Assembly (NCBI GenBank): GCA_964594115.1
Contig: CAZQLD010000005.1
Coordinates: 749 to 64,748, forward strand
Direction: 5' to 3'
Length of the DNA stretch: 64,000 nt
DNA from: Candidatus Woesearchaeota archaeon
GTDB lineage: Archaea; Nanobdellota; Nanobdellia; Pacearchaeales; GW2011-AR1
Every line of letters starts with the position of its first letter. Positions within the stretch are counted from its first letter, which is position 1. The translations under genes were made by a program, and so were the position numbers. Below the pieces are notes generated by a model, which was not told where the DNA came from, made no database searches, and was given only the letters and a program-made list of their open reading frames with translations. This document shows, piece by piece, positions 8,494 through 16,933 of this stretch.

Positions 8494-9222
8494 TTACCTC
8501 AAGTATTTCTTTAATCTATCCCCTGAAATTCTTTTTAATTTTTTAGTGTTTTTTTCAATATAACCCGCATCAAACCTTTCTATATTGAAATTCTTGCCTA
8601 AAATATCCTTAAATATTTTTAAAGAAAGCCTTGTTGCTTCTTCTATTGTCATATCCTCTTTATATTCTTTTCTTAAACTTTCTTTAATTTTCTCATCATT
8701 TTCTCCTATAGCTGTTGCTTTAAAAGCAGTATAGTTTCCAGTAACCTCACTAACAAATAATTCTGGTTCTTTGTTTATCCCTGCTATCATGACATGAACA
8801 CCAAAAGGTCTTGCTCCAGGATACTGGGTAAAAGCCTGCATTATATTTGCTATTTCTTTGATAACAGATTCCATATCTATAGGTGAATCATAAGTAACTC
8901 TATGTTGTTGTGCCAAAATCTGAGATCTTTCTATCAAAATTCTTGCATCACTCCAAAATCCTGCTGCTGTAGCTGCTATATGTTCATCTATTTCATAAAT
9001 CTTATCTGCAGATTCTGGAACAAGGAGTTTATCTAATTTAACTTTTTTATCAGAAACAATGACAACGCCATCTTTGCATACAATTCCTATACTTGCACTG
9101 CCTAGTCTGACAGTTTTTTCTGCATATTCTACTTGTAAGATGTGCCCATCTGGAGAGAACATAGTTGCAGCTCTATCATAACCCATCATCTGATGTTGCA
9201 TATCTACAGGCATTTCTACCAT
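8494..9222 (-). CDS. psmA: proteasome subunit alpha
   Basis: GYDRAATMFSPDGHILQVEYAEKTVRLGSASIGIVCKDGVVIVSDKK. Confidence 0.92.
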   Translation of the reverse strand: MVEMPVDMQHQMMGYDRAATMFSPDGHILQVEYAEKTVRLGSASIGIVCKDGVVIVSDKKVKLDKLLVPESADKIYEIDEHIAATAAGFWSDARILIERSQILAQQHRVTYDSPIDMESVIKEIANIMQAFTQYPGARPFGVHVMIAGINKEPELFVSEVTGNYTAFKATAIGENDEKIKESLRKEYKEDMTIEEATRLSLKIFKDILGKNFNIERFDAGYIEKNTKKLKRISGDRLKKYLR

Positions 9223-9310
9223 TTTTATCTCTTTAAAAGAACTGAATAATCAGTTAAATTTAATTTCCTCCCTACCAAAAACAAAAAGAACTGTGCATTT
9301 AAAAACCTTA

Positions 9311-9586
9311 CTATTTCAGTTTTTTCAAACTGCCACTAACCCTTTTTATCTGTATTTTTTTCCCAGAAAGCAGGAAACTTGCCCTTATATTGTCTAATTC
9401 TTTTCTGTTTATGGCAAAAATGATTTTTTCTTTTGATTTTTTTATGATTTTAGGGGATGCTCTAGCATAACCTAAAACTCCTACATAATCTAAGATAATT
9501 CTCTCTATTGTTTTCTCATCCGCATCTTTTCCTTCTATTAAAATATACCTTTTCTTTTCTCTATGACTTGGTTTCAAGGATTTCAT
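9311..9586 (-). CDS. rnp2: RNase P protein component 2 (Pop5-like), short form
   Basis: LKPSHREKKRYILIE...GVLGYARASPKII fits the Pop5 N-terminus. Lies in the canonical position upstream of psmA. At 91 aa it is shorter than usual. Confidence 0.65.
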   Translation of the reverse strand: MKSLKPSHREKKRYILIEGKDADEKTIERIILDYVGVLGYARASPKIIKKSKEKIIFAINRKELDNIRASFLLSGKKIQIKRVSGSLKKLK

Positions 9587-12500
9587 CTTCTTCTCTTCCT
9601 TTTCTTATCTTCTCCTTTTAGTATTTTTATACTTAATAAAACTACAATAACTATTATTAAAACAACTAAAGCATATTTAATTGTATCCTTTATTATACTG
9701 CTGTCTTTTTCACTAGCAGTTTTTTCACTTTTTTCTTCACTTTCCTGTTTTGTTGGTTTTGATACGAGTTCATAAATTGTTTTTATTGTAATATTAGCCT
9801 TATTGTTTTCAATTGAATTTAATTTGACATATAAATCATAATAAGCTTCAGAACTTAGATTTAATTTTTTGCTCTCTCCAATGTTTAGAATTAAATTTAT
9901 CTTATTGCTCTCAATAGTTAAATTAAAGTAATTTCCTTCTATGTTATTAACTGCTAAAGTATGTTGTTTATTATCTAATGTGAATTTTATTTTATCATTT
10001 TTTCCAAGCTCTTTAGTATACCCTATATTTATTTCTTCAGCTGTTGGAATATAAATTTTATATGAAGTTCCTCCGCCTCCTCCGCCAGAAGGGGGAAGGC
10101 TGTTTATTTGAGGTGATTGTTCTATTGTTGTTGTGAAATCCCATATTATACTTATTGTTGAATTTTCTCCACTACTAACATTAACGTACCATTCATATGT
10201 TGTATTTGCATCTAGGTTAGACCAAGTGTAAGTAGCATCAGAGCCATTTACAACCTTCGTCACATTTCCTATATTCCCAAAAGACCCATTGCTCATTTCA
10301 TAATCAAAGTTAAATTGGCTATTTGCGTCAGTTTGATAAGTGTCCAAATATGGAGAATATGTTTGTACAAAAACTTTATCTGCACCTGGATCAAAAGTTA
10401 AAATTCTTAAATAACCATTTCCTCCATTAGTCCAATCTTGATAATTTGCCAGCATTTGGTATACCTGATTTCCATATAAATTGTTGTCTGTTCTATTAAT
10501 TTCTCCATCATTGCCACTAGGACCGCCATGCATATGCCCGCATAAAACTATTTGTAAATTTTTATGATTCTTGATTAAATCATGCCATATGTAACTTGTG
10601 TTCCCACTATATCTACCGCAATCACCAGTTTCATCCCACCTAGAGCCAGTATCATTCAAATAAGCATGTGTTGTGAGTATAGCTTTTCTATCCTTGTAGG
10701 TAGTAAGTGTATCATTTACCCATGTTATTTCATCACTTGAAGGGCAAAAATCTACATTAATAAAAATATAATTATCTCCTTCTATTGGCATTAGCTGATA
10801 ATTGTTTGTATTATTATTATAATCCCCGCCCCAATACCAAGTTTGATTAAATCTTAATTCAGGATAATATAGATAATAATTAGCTGTAGAACTATCAGGA
10901 TCACTTGATGTTTGATGGTCATGGTCTCCAGGGATTACAGTCCATGAAACACTATGGTTTTCTAGATATGTTAAACTAATATTTGAATTATTCCATTCTG
11001 CGAGGTCTGTATAGGCATTTACAATATCTCCTTCATGCACAACCATTTTTATATTGAGTAAATTTTTATTATTTCCAATCCACCATGTTTGACTATTGAA
11101 AATAGCAGGATAACTTTCACTATATTTTTGAGTATCTGGGAGTGCAATTAATGTCCAGTTATCTCCACCTGTTGTGCTTCTTCCATAAAAACTTACATTC
11201 ATAGCATCATCATTTAAATTATAAGAAGTTATATTTAATACAGGAGAAGTAGGAATTTCTATAGAGCCATCTAGTGGAAAATTAAGAGTGATACTAAAGT
11301 GGCTAATGATTAAACTATAGTTTGATTCCGAAAAAGCAGAGTTTCCTTTTTCATCTTCTGCAAGACAATTCCATTTATAATTATCATAAATTAAATTTGT
11401 AAGATTAAAAGAAGTTTCATTTGATATTCCGGTAATATTATATGTTGTTCGATTTATCAAATCATTAGTCGAATTCCATAAATAAAGAGTTATATTTGAA
11501 AGCCGTAAATCAATAGCATTGCAAGAGAATGTTTGATTCATATTAGCACTTATTGTAGCATTTGCAGGAGAAATTAGTCCTACTTCTGGGGCAGTTTCAT
11601 CTAAAGAGATAAGAGCAGAATAACTATCAATTCTTGAAAAGTTTAAACCACTTCCTGCTGAATCATCTACTAAAACTCCTGTATTGTTTAAGATATTTTT
11701 AATTTCTACAGGAGTTAAAATACTGTTATTTTGCAGTCTGAAAAATTGTCTAATAAGAGCAAAAGCAGCTGCAACATGAGGGGCGGACATACTTGTTCCA
11801 TACCTTCCTTCATATCCCCCACTTGCTTTTGTAGAATTAATTTTATTTCCTGAAGTTCCGCCTGGAGCAACTAAATCAGTTAAATTGTTTCTATTGCCAT
11901 ATGAAGCAATATTATCACTTTTATCTGTTGCACTAACAGCAGTTACGTTTTTAATACATGCTGGAGAAGAAATATGAGTAATATTATTCTGATTTCCTGT
12001 AGCTGCTATGACTGAGATATTATATAAAGTTGCATTATTTATTCTAGGGGTAGTTGTTGGCTCAGAACCATCACAATATTCATCATATAAATCAGGCATT
12101 TCTGTTCCTAAACTCATGCTAATAACTGAAATATTATATGCATCAGCATTATTAATGCACCAATCTATTCCTGCATCAAGGTCGCTAGTATTTCCATTTC
12201 CAGAAGAACCTAAAACCTTAACCCCAATTAAACTTGCCCCTATAGCAACTCCCTCAATTCCCCCACTTGCTGCAGCAATTCCTGCTACATGCGTGCCATG
12301 TCCATAATCATCTGCAACAGAACAATTTTCAACACACGTCTTTTCAAAACAATCAATAATACAAGTTTTATTTTTCCCAATTAAATCAGGATGTGAAAAG
12401 TTTATTCCTGTGTCCAGTATGCAAATAGTTTCATCAATTCCAGTTATATTAACTCCAGAAATTTGAGAAGACCAGACATTTATTGCATTAATTAATAAAA

Positions 12501-12885
12501 CAGAGTCCTGTAAAAATGCCTTAATAGGCTTGTCAATAATTATTGATTCAACATTAGGATTTTTGTCTAACTTCTCTAATTCATCTTTTGAAACTTCAAC
12601 AGCAATATAATCATCAAAAACATGCTTAACATTTTCTTCCCCGACTTCTTTTTTTATCGCGTCTTTAATCTTTTCCTTATCTGATTCTATCTTAGAATTA
12701 GTCCTAATTAACCTTAATTTTTCAGAATCTTTTAATCTTACAATAACTCTCACCTCATAAGCCTCTTCTAGTTGTTCATAAACTTCCTCACTTATCTTCT
12801 CTTTACTCTCTTGAACAGAGCTAACAAACAGTATACTAGCAAGTAAAAAAATAATTATAACTAATCCAAAAAACATTTTCCTCAT
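9583..12885 (-). CDS. membrane-anchored subtilisin-like (S8) serine protease fused to a calcineurin-like metallophosphoesterase domain
   Basis: Signal peptide, then an I9-like propeptide. S8 triad: ICILDTGINFSHPDL, GHGTHVAGI, GTSMSAPHVAAA. Phosphoesterase motifs follow: LPDTQ, HEGDIVN, PGDHDH, TTHAY, CGHMHG. Then an fn3-like segment, a poly-Gly hinge (SGGGGGGT), a beta domain, a C-terminal TM and a KRKRRR tail. Confidence 0.85.
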   Translation of the reverse strand: MRKMFFGLVIIIFLLASILFVSSVQESKEKISEEVYEQLEEAYEVRVIVRLKDSEKLRLIRTNSKIESDKEKIKDAIKKEVGEENVKHVFDDYIAVEVSKDELEKLDKNPNVESIIIDKPIKAFLQDSVLLINAINVWSSQISGVNITGIDETICILDTGINFSHPDLIGKNKTCIIDCFEKTCVENCSVADDYGHGTHVAGIAAASGGIEGVAIGASLIGVKVLGSSGNGNTSDLDAGIDWCINNADAYNISVISMSLGTEMPDLYDEYCDGSEPTTTPRINNATLYNISVIAATGNQNNITHISSPACIKNVTAVSATDKSDNIASYGNRNNLTDLVAPGGTSGNKINSTKASGGYEGRYGTSMSAPHVAAAFALIRQFFRLQNNSILTPVEIKNILNNTGVLVDDSAGSGLNFSRIDSYSALISLDETAPEVGLISPANATISANMNQTFSCNAIDLRLSNITLYLWNSTNDLINRTTYNITGISNETSFNLTNLIYDNYKWNCLAEDEKGNSAFSESNYSLIISHFSITLNFPLDGSIEIPTSPVLNITSYNLNDDAMNVSFYGRSTTGGDNWTLIALPDTQKYSESYPAIFNSQTWWIGNNKNLLNIKMVVHEGDIVNAYTDLAEWNNSNISLTYLENHSVSWTVIPGDHDHQTSSDPDSSTANYYLYYPELRFNQTWYWGGDYNNNTNNYQLMPIEGDNYIFINVDFCPSSDEITWVNDTLTTYKDRKAILTTHAYLNDTGSRWDETGDCGRYSGNTSYIWHDLIKNHKNLQIVLCGHMHGGPSGNDGEINRTDNNLYGNQVYQMLANYQDWTNGGNGYLRILTFDPGADKVFVQTYSPYLDTYQTDANSQFNFDYEMSNGSFGNIGNVTKVVNGSDATYTWSNLDANTTYEWYVNVSSGENSTISIIWDFTTTIEQSPQINSLPPSGGGGGGTSYKIYIPTAEEINIGYTKELGKNDKIKFTLDNKQHTLAVNNIEGNYFNLTIESNKINLILNIGESKKLNLSSEAYYDLYVKLNSIENNKANITIKTIYELVSKPTKQESEEKSEKTASEKDSSIIKDTIKYALVVLIIVIVVLLSIKILKGEDKKRKRRR

Positions 12886-12888
12886 TTT

Positions 12889-13227
12889 TTAATTTTCGAT
12901 AATTTCACATTTCCCTTTAACACATCCACAACTTCCAGCTCCACAGTCTAATGGGCCTGAACAATCTAATGTGCACATCACTCCCTTACACGCTGGAACT
13001 TTTTCTTTCACTGTACAAGAATCTGGGTGGCAGCATGTTGCAGGAACACAATCTTCGTCTTTTTCACACTCTTTTTCATTTACAACCAGTCCATTGTCTA
13101 TTTCCCTATTCCTGCCCCTAAACCACATTAAGACTATCAAAATTGCCAATAAAAAGATTATAATCCAGAATAATTTTTTATTATGTTCAATCTTAATTTT
13201 TTTCCTCTTTTTTCTGACAACTTTCAT
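12889..13227 (-). CDS. small Cys-rich membrane-anchored protein
   Basis: N-terminal TM (LFWIIIFLLAILIVLMWF), then CEKDEDCVPATCCHPDSCTVKEKVPACKGVMCTLDCSGPLDCGAGSCGCVKGKC. Its stop lies 3 nt upstream of the protease ATG. Confidence 0.6.
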   Translation of the reverse strand: MKVVRKKRKKIKIEHNKKLFWIIIFLLAILIVLMWFRGRNREIDNGLVVNEKECEKDEDCVPATCCHPDSCTVKEKVPACKGVMCTLDCSGPLDCGAGSCGCVKGKCEIIEN

Positions 13228-13320
13228 ATAAGAACTTATTTTTAAAGATTAAAAATGTTTCTCTCGCAAGATATTTAAACCCCCATCTTTTTATTCTATA
13301 AATAGAAAAGAGGTTTACAA

Positions 13321-14661
13321 ATGAAAGTTTACACAATTGGGGGATTTAGTGAAGTAGGCAAGAATATGACAGCTGTGGAAATAGCAGGAGATGTTTTTAT
13401 TTTTGATATGGGTTTTTTCCTGCCTGCAATTGTTGAATTAGAAGAACAAGAAAGAAATAAAAAATTAACTGAGAAAAGATTAAGAAATATAGGAGCCATA
13501 CCCCAAGATACCTTATTAGACAGCTTTAATTTAAGAAATAAGGTAAGAGCAATTTTTCTAGGCCATGCTCATCTTGACCATATTGGAGCAGTTTTATATC
13601 TTGCACAAAGATATAATGCAGAGATTATTGGAACTCCTTTTACTATAGAAGTTTTAAAAACAATGTTAAGAGATGAAGGCATAATGCTAAGGAACAAGCT
13701 AAAAGTAGTTCAGCCAAATTCTTCTTATACTTTACAAGGCAAAAATAAAAAATATCTTGTTGATTTTATCAATATTACTCATTCTACCCCTCAAACTTCT
13801 ATGATTGCCTTACACACAAAAGAGGGTGTTGTCTTATACGCAAATGATTTCAAATTTGACAACAACCCTATTTTAGGAAAAAAACCAAATTATGAAAAAC
13901 TAAAGGAAATAGCTAAAGAAGGAGTTAAAGTTTTAATTGTAGATGCCCTTTATTCTGGCAGTGAAAGGAAAACGCCAAGTGAAAAAATAGCAAGAGGATT
14001 ACTTGAAGATGTAATGTTAACTACCTCCAATGAAAAATCTGGGATTATTATAACAACCTTCTCTTCTCATATTGCTAGACTAAAAAGCATTGTGGATTTT
14101 GGTAAACAACTTAGAAGAAAAATCATTTTTGTTGGGAGGAGTCTAAACAAATATGTTTCTGCTGCCCAAAAAGTAAAAATCTGCCCCTTTTATCAAGATA
14201 TACTGCTTCTTAGCTATAGAAAACAAGTAGAATCTGCTTTAAGGAAAATAAACAAAAACAGGACTAATTATTTACTTGTTTGCACAGGTCATCAAGGTGA
14301 GCCTGGGAGTGTTCTTGAGAGAATTTCAAAGAATGAACTCCCCTTTTCTTTTAGGAACCAGGATCATGTAATCTTCTCCTCTTCAATTATTCCAACCCCA
14401 ATAACTGTCTCAAATAGAAATCAGCTGGAAAAAAGATTAAAAAAGAGAGGGGTTAGAATTTTTGGAGATGCCCATGTTTCAGGTCATGCAGCAAGAGAAG
14501 ATTTGAGAGATTTTATAACTATGATGCATCCAGAACATATAATTCCTGCTCATGGAGATTTAGCTAAATTAACTCCAATGGCAGAGCTTGCATCTGAATT
14601 AGGCTATAAACTTGGAAAAACAGTTCATATTATGCAGGATTGTCAGAAAATAATACTATAA
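13321..14661 (+). CDS. rnj: archaeal RNase J (beta-CASP metallo-beta-lactamase ribonuclease)
   Basis: N-terminus YTIGGFSEVGKNMTAVE, HxHxDH motif LGHAHLDHIGA, C-terminal HVSGHAARED. The ~446-aa length fits aRNase J. Confidence 0.8.
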   Translation: MKVYTIGGFSEVGKNMTAVEIAGDVFIFDMGFFLPAIVELEEQERNKKLTEKRLRNIGAIPQDTLLDSFNLRNKVRAIFLGHAHLDHIGAVLYLAQRYNAEIIGTPFTIEVLKTMLRDEGIMLRNKLKVVQPNSSYTLQGKNKKYLVDFINITHSTPQTSMIALHTKEGVVLYANDFKFDNNPILGKKPNYEKLKEIAKEGVKVLIVDALYSGSERKTPSEKIARGLLEDVMLTTSNEKSGIIITTFSSHIARLKSIVDFGKQLRRKIIFVGRSLNKYVSAAQKVKICPFYQDILLLSYRKQVESALRKINKNRTNYLLVCTGHQGEPGSVLERISKNELPFSFRNQDHVIFSSSIIPTPITVSNRNQLEKRLKKRGVRIFGDAHVSGHAAREDLRDFITMMHPEHIIPAHGDLAKLTPMAELASELGYKLGKTVHIMQDCQKIIL

Positions 14662-14726
14662 AGAATTAAAAACAAAGGTTTAATAATAACTAAAAACTAT
14701 TATCAGAAGATAAAAAAGAGGTAGAA

Positions 14727-15137
14727 ATGGTAAGAGAAGATATAGTTGCTGCATTGAAAAATTCTCTTGAAAGGGGCTATTCTTTTGAGGACACTAAACA
14801 GAGTCTTATTTCTGCAGGTTATAGTACAGAAGAAGTTGAAGAAGCTTCTAATTTTATACATTCTGGTTCTGTTATTGTTCAAAAAAAAGCAAGTATGCCA
14901 GAACCAGTAACAGCAGTACAACCAGCAAAACCAGTAGCATATCAAAGGCCCATGGCTCCAGCACAACCGACTAGTCAACAAACAGCAACTGTAACACAAA
15001 TTAAAAAACCAAAAAAACAGTCTTTTTTAAAAGGAAATTTAAAAATAATCTTGCTTTCTATAATTCTAGTTCTTCTTCTTGCGGTTTTTATTTTGACCTT
15101 TATTTTTAGAGATAAAATAATTAGTTGGTTTGGTTAA
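14727..15137 (+). CDS. hypothetical protein with an N-terminal helical GY-S-x-E motif domain, a Pro/Gln/Thr-rich linker and a C-terminal TM
   Basis: ALKNSLERGYSFEDTKQSLISAGYSTEEVEEAS, followed by a C-terminal LKIILLSIILVLLLAVFILTFIF. Confidence 0.55.
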   Translation: MVREDIVAALKNSLERGYSFEDTKQSLISAGYSTEEVEEASNFIHSGSVIVQKKASMPEPVTAVQPAKPVAYQRPMAPAQPTSQQTATVTQIKKPKKQSFLKGNLKIILLSIILVLLLAVFILTFIFRDKIISWFG

Positions 15138-15675
15138 AAATATAAAAATGTATGCCCCAGCAGAAGATTCTTACTCGCTTTCAGAAAATTTGAAAAAATA
15201 CCTGAAAGATAAAGATAAAAACACTATTATTCTTGACCTTGGAACAGGTTCAGGAATTCAGGCAGAAACCTGCAGAAAATTAGGCTTTAATAATATACTG
15301 GCTGCAGATGTAGACAAGTCTGTTATTGGGTTATTAAAGAAAAAAGGATTTAAAGCTATAAAATCAAACCTTTTTTCAAATATCAAAAACAAATTTGATC
15401 TTATTGTATTCAATCCTCCTTACCTGCCTTCCAATAGATACGATAAAGAAAAAGATACAACTGGGGGAAAACAAGGTTATGAAACAATTATTAGATTTTT
15501 AAAACAAGCTAAAAATTATTTAAATGAAAATGGAAAGGTTTTACTGATTTATAGTTCATTAAGTAAGCCTAAAATTATAAATAAAAAAGCAAAAGAATTA
15601 GGTTATAAAATGAAATTATTAAGCAAAAAGAAATTATTTTTTGAAGAATTATTCATTATAGAATTAAGAAGATAA
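15130..15675 (+). CDS. HemK/Mtq2-type N5-glutamine (release-factor) methyltransferase
   Basis: YAPAEDSYSL, SAM motif ILDLGTGSGIQA, catalytic FNPPY. The likely true start is the ATG at 15148 (MYAPAEDSY). Confidence 0.75.
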   Translation: MVKNIKMYAPAEDSYSLSENLKKYLKDKDKNTIILDLGTGSGIQAETCRKLGFNNILAADVDKSVIGLLKKKGFKAIKSNLFSNIKNKFDLIVFNPPYLPSNRYDKEKDTTGGKQGYETIIRFLKQAKNYLNENGKVLLIYSSLSKPKIINKKAKELGYKMKLLSKKKLFFEELFIIELRR

Positions 15676-15765
15676 TTTAAAGGGATTTTTAAAGTATTTT
15701 CTCTATTATAATTATTTTTATATAGCTTATTTTCGGTTTTTTGTAGGGAAAAGTAAAAAGAGAAA

Positions 15766-16932
15766 ATGAGATTTGCACATATTGCTGACTGTCATCTTGG
15801 TTCTTGGCGCCAACCAGAACTTCAGGAATTGAATTTAGCTAGTTTCAAAAAGGCAATTGAAATTTGCATTCAAGAGAATGTAAACTTCATACTTTTTTCA
15901 GGAGATTTATTTGACTCTGCATATCCTCCAATAGAAATTTTAAAAGAAACTTTCTCAGAATTTAAAAAATTAAAAGATGTCAATATTAAGTGTTATATGA
16001 TTGCAGGAAGCCATGATTATTCTGTTTCTGGTAAAACTTTTCTAGATGTTTTAGAAAAAGCAGGTTTTTGCCAGATGTGTAAGTTTGAAGAGCAAGAGAA
16101 TAAAATAATGTTAAAAGCAAGAAATCATGAAGGGGTATCAATCTATGGTTATCCTGGGAAAAAATCAGGATTAGAAGTAAAAGATTTAAGAAGAATCTTT
16201 CTTGAAGAAACAAATAATTTCAAAATTTTAATGTTGCACACAACAATGGAATCAGCTAAAGGGAACCTCCCAATAGAATCTGTTTCAATAGAAAAGTTAC
16301 CAGAAGCAGATTATTATGCCCTGGGGCATTTGCATTTAATACATGAATACCCTCTTGCTGACAATAAGTATTTGGTTTATCCAGGACCAATATTTCCAAA
16401 TAATTTCCAAGAATTAGATGAACTTAAAGGAGGGAGTTTTTATATCATTGATGTTAATGGCTATGTTAAGTTAACAAAAAAAGAGATTAAATTTAAACCT
16501 ATCTTGTCTATAGAAATTGAAATAGAAGATGCTTTGACAGCAACAGACAAGATTATTTTTGCACTTGAAAAAGAAGATTTAGAGGACAAAATTGTTCTTT
16601 TAAAATTAAAAGGAAAGATAAAGCATGGAAAAACTTCAGATATAAAGTTCCAGGCGATACAAGAAACAGCTAAAAAAAAGAAATCTTATGTGCTGTTAAA
16701 AAATACCAGTAAGCTTAAGACAGAAGAGCAGGAAATTGAAATAGAGACAGATGATATAGATAAGATAGAAGAAGCAATGATTGAGACTTTCATCAAGGAA
16801 AACTCCTCTGAATTTAATAAATTTATTACTCCTTTAATAAACTCTTTTAATTTAGAGAAACAGGAAGATGAGAAAAAAGCAGTTTTTGAATCTCGCCTTT
16901 TAACTGAAATAAACAAAATCCTAGACTTATAA
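15766..16932 (+). CDS. mre11: DNA double-strand break repair nuclease Mre11
   Basis: Phosphoesterase motifs MRFAHIADCHLG, SGDLFD, AGSHD, GHLH. Lies directly upstream of rad50. Confidence 0.9.
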   Translation: MRFAHIADCHLGSWRQPELQELNLASFKKAIEICIQENVNFILFSGDLFDSAYPPIEILKETFSEFKKLKDVNIKCYMIAGSHDYSVSGKTFLDVLEKAGFCQMCKFEEQENKIMLKARNHEGVSIYGYPGKKSGLEVKDLRRIFLEETNNFKILMLHTTMESAKGNLPIESVSIEKLPEADYYALGHLHLIHEYPLADNKYLVYPGPIFPNNFQELDELKGGSFYIIDVNGYVKLTKKEIKFKPILSIEIEIEDALTATDKIIFALEKEDLEDKIVLLKLKGKIKHGKTSDIKFQAIQETAKKKKSYVLLKNTSKLKTEEQEIEIETDDIDKIEEAMIETFIKENSSEFNKFITPLINSFNLEKQEDEKKAVFESRLLTEINKILDL

Positions 16933-16933
16933 A

